A stretch of 64,000 nt of DNA, from the NCBI RefSeq assembly GCF_011386835.1, contig NC_088807.1:20398001-20462000 (forward strand), read 5' to 3'. The position numbers and the translations under genes were made by a program. The notes under the pieces were generated by a model that saw only the letters and a program-made list of their open reading frames with translations, had not been told where the DNA came from and did not search any database. Positions 61,740-64,000 of the stretch are shown here, one piece after another (within the stretch, counting starts at the first letter, position 1; every line of letters begins with the position of its first letter). This stretch comes from Chrysemys picta bellii (lineage: Eukaryota).

Positions 61740-62433
61740 CGCCTGCTCAGCCCCCAGGGGGCGCCAGCCTTCCAGAGTCACGCGGGGCGGGACATTGGGG
61801 CATGGGGGGGACGAGAGGCCAAGCTCACCTCCCCCACCCCCATTCCACCTCACCACCCCCAGGCGGGGCCCCCTCCAGCCATCCGAACCCTTTAAATGCA
61901 TGCAGTTTTAAAAGACAAGAACAAGGGGGGGAGGGGCTGTGAAGAGAGGGGAATCAGTCATTCCCCGGCCCCCCTTCCTGGGTGAGTGTTGAGGGGGCGG
62001 GCAGAGGGACATGCGCAGGCAAAAAAAAGTGAACAAAGATGATCTTGGAGGAGGAGTGTTGGGGGAGGGACATTAAATCATTTGGCTTTTTTAAAAAAAA
62101 TTAAAACAGCAAAAAATCGAGAATTATTGTAAACCCCCCCCCTCCCAAAAAATTCCTCTGGGGAGGCCCCAAACCCCACCTCCCGCTCAATTCCCACCCC
62201 CCCCTGCTCTCCCATTTTTCGTCTCCTCCCCACTCCCATGAGTTTTCGATCCAGCCCCAAAGCAGATCGGCTGGGTTTTCCTTGGGGGAGGGACGGACAG
62301 GAATTCAAAAGGGGAGGCTGTTTTTTCTGATTGCTTTTCCCCCCCCCTTCTCCCGAGGTGCTATGCAGCCGCTGAGGGCCGGGTGTTTAAAATATTTTTC
62401 GTAACCCTATTTTCATTTTGGAAAATATTTATG

Positions 62434-62439
62434 AATAAA
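62434..62439 (+). terminator. CNOT3 polyadenylation signal
   Basis: AATAAA in an AT-rich 3' UTR end, ~700 nt after the stop. Confidence 0.8.
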
Positions 62440-62589
62440 TAGTTTTATATGATGTCTTCTCACGCACGAAATGGGGGGGGAGAGTCACCGGCAACCGGCA
62501 GCTTTTCTTTCTGCGCCGTGGACAGCGTCGGAGAGGTAAGGGCGGGGGGGCAGAAATGAGACACGCTCCTTGCTGCAGGGTTAGCTAGA

Positions 62590-63070
62590 GACGCAGAGCC
62601 AGGACTCCTGGGTTCTCTGCCTGGCTCGGGTGGTTTAGAGCGACGGGGGTGGGGAGCCAGGACTCCTGGGTTCTCTGCCTGGCTCGGGTGGTTAGAGCGA
62701 CGGGGGTGGGGAGCCAGGACTCCTGGGTTCTCTGCCTGGCTCGGGTGGTTAGAGCGACGGGGGCGGGGAGCCAGGACTCCTGGGTTCTCTCCTTGGCTTG
62801 GGTGGTTAGAGCAATAGGGGCTGGGAGTCAGGACTCCTGGGTTCTCTCCCTAGCTCGGGATGGGTAGAGGGGGTGGTTAGAGCGACGGGGGCGGGGAGCC
62901 AGGACTCCTGGGTCCTCTCCCTGGCTTGGGTGGTTAGAGCAACAGGGGCTGGGAGCCAGGATTCCTGGGTTCTCTCCCTAGCTCGGGATGGGGAGGGGGG
63001 GTGGTTAGAGCGACGGGGGCGGGGAGCCAGGACTCCTGGGTTCTCTCCCTGGCTTGGGGAGGGGGGTGGT
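62590..63070 (+). repeat. MSR1-like array with a shorter (~60-bp) unit downstream of CNOT3
   Basis: GGGGAGCCAGGACTCCTGGGTTCTCTGCCTGGCTCGGGTGGTTAGAGCGACG, about 8 units. Confidence 0.9.
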
Positions 63071-63181
63071 TAGTGTGACGTCTGCCCCTGCCTTAGTCCT
63101 GTGCCATTTTTTCCTTGTGGATATAGTTACACACACACAGACAGACACTCGAATTCGTCCCAGACCTTATTTTGGTCTATC

Positions 63182-63187
63182 TTTATT
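63182..63187 (-). terminator. Possible poly(A) signal of a convergent downstream gene (LENG1 expected by synteny)
   Basis: Minus-strand AATAAA only. No LENG1 coding sequence is visible in the window. Confidence 0.3.
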
Positions 63188-64000
63188 CTGAAAATACCTT
63201 GGTGAGATTTCACATGACTATGTGCCACGGCTGGCTGGGACTCTTCCTTCTCCTCTCTTCCCTGCCCCCCCACCCCCCACAGTGACTGGCTGGGACGGGG
63301 GATCCCCTGCCCACTGCAGGAGGTGACTACATGGTATGTTCTGGGGGAGGAGATGCAGCCCCCTCTGTGGGAGCTGACAGATGGTATGTTCCATGGGGGA
63401 CCTTGCCTGGCTCTGGGGTCATGCTCAGCCCCTCCCTGCTTGCAGGCCCAGAGCAGGACCTTCCCTGCTGCCTGCTCTGCTTTCGGCTTAAAAGCCCCCC
63501 TTCCCTCTCCCTGGAGCCCCCCCCCCCCCCCCCCCCCCCGGTGCTGGTAACCCCACTGGCTGCTGGGAAAATCCCTCTGTGGGGTGGGCAGGGCCCAGCG
63601 AAGGGGCTGATGCAGCCCCACCACCTGCTGCAGGCTGGCTGGTAAGGGAGAGGGCCAAGGACCCCAGCGCCACAGGGCGACCAATCCAAGGCCAGGAGAG
63701 ACTGGGCTGCCTGTGCCTCAGTTTCCCCTGACTGTCAGATGATGGCCCTGTGGAAGGCACAGGGAGCTGTCCTGATGCATTTACCCTGTGCAAGGAGACA
63801 AGCCACAATCCTCTACCAGCCAGGTGTGGGCCACGAAGAACTCCAGTGTGGGCTGGGCAGGGGTTCAGCAGAGGGGCAGAGACACCCTGCAGCAGGTGCT
63901 GTTCACCTCTGTGGCTAAAGGGCTGGGCCTCCCCAGCAGCCATGGTACAATGAGCACGGGGGGGCAGGGGAGGAGAAATCAGAGGCAGAAGTGGAAATTG

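Noticed and set aside
63190-64000. LENG1 coding exons expected by synteny
   Set aside because: No LENG1-like peptide in any frame; at most 3' UTR lies inside the window.

Overview
GC-rich vertebrate genomic DNA. The repeat families and composition suggest a sauropsid, most likely a turtle microchromosome (inference). The window is syntenic with the human 19q13.42 extended leukocyte receptor complex. Left part (1-26 kb): two minus-strand LILR/OSCAR-type Ig-superfamily receptor genes. Gene A has at least 3 Ig domains and runs off the left edge. Gene B has one visible Ig exon and an Arg-containing transmembrane exon. Around them lie nested Gypsy LTRs, a SCAN-gag (Gmr1-type) deletion element, a hAT element, CCAT satellites and a 500-N gap. 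Right part (27.8-62.5 kb): complete multi-exon NDUFA3 (+), TFPT (-), PRPF31 (+) and CNOT3 (+) in the human order, all with GT-AG introns and intact frames. Best lead: a ~72-bp tRNA/SINE-head-like minisatellite that saturates the housekeeping genes and resembles the human 19q13 MSR1 repeat. No prokaryotic features, CRISPR arrays, rRNA or true tRNA genes were found. Coordinates were read by hand; repeat boundaries are approximate unless a TSD is given.
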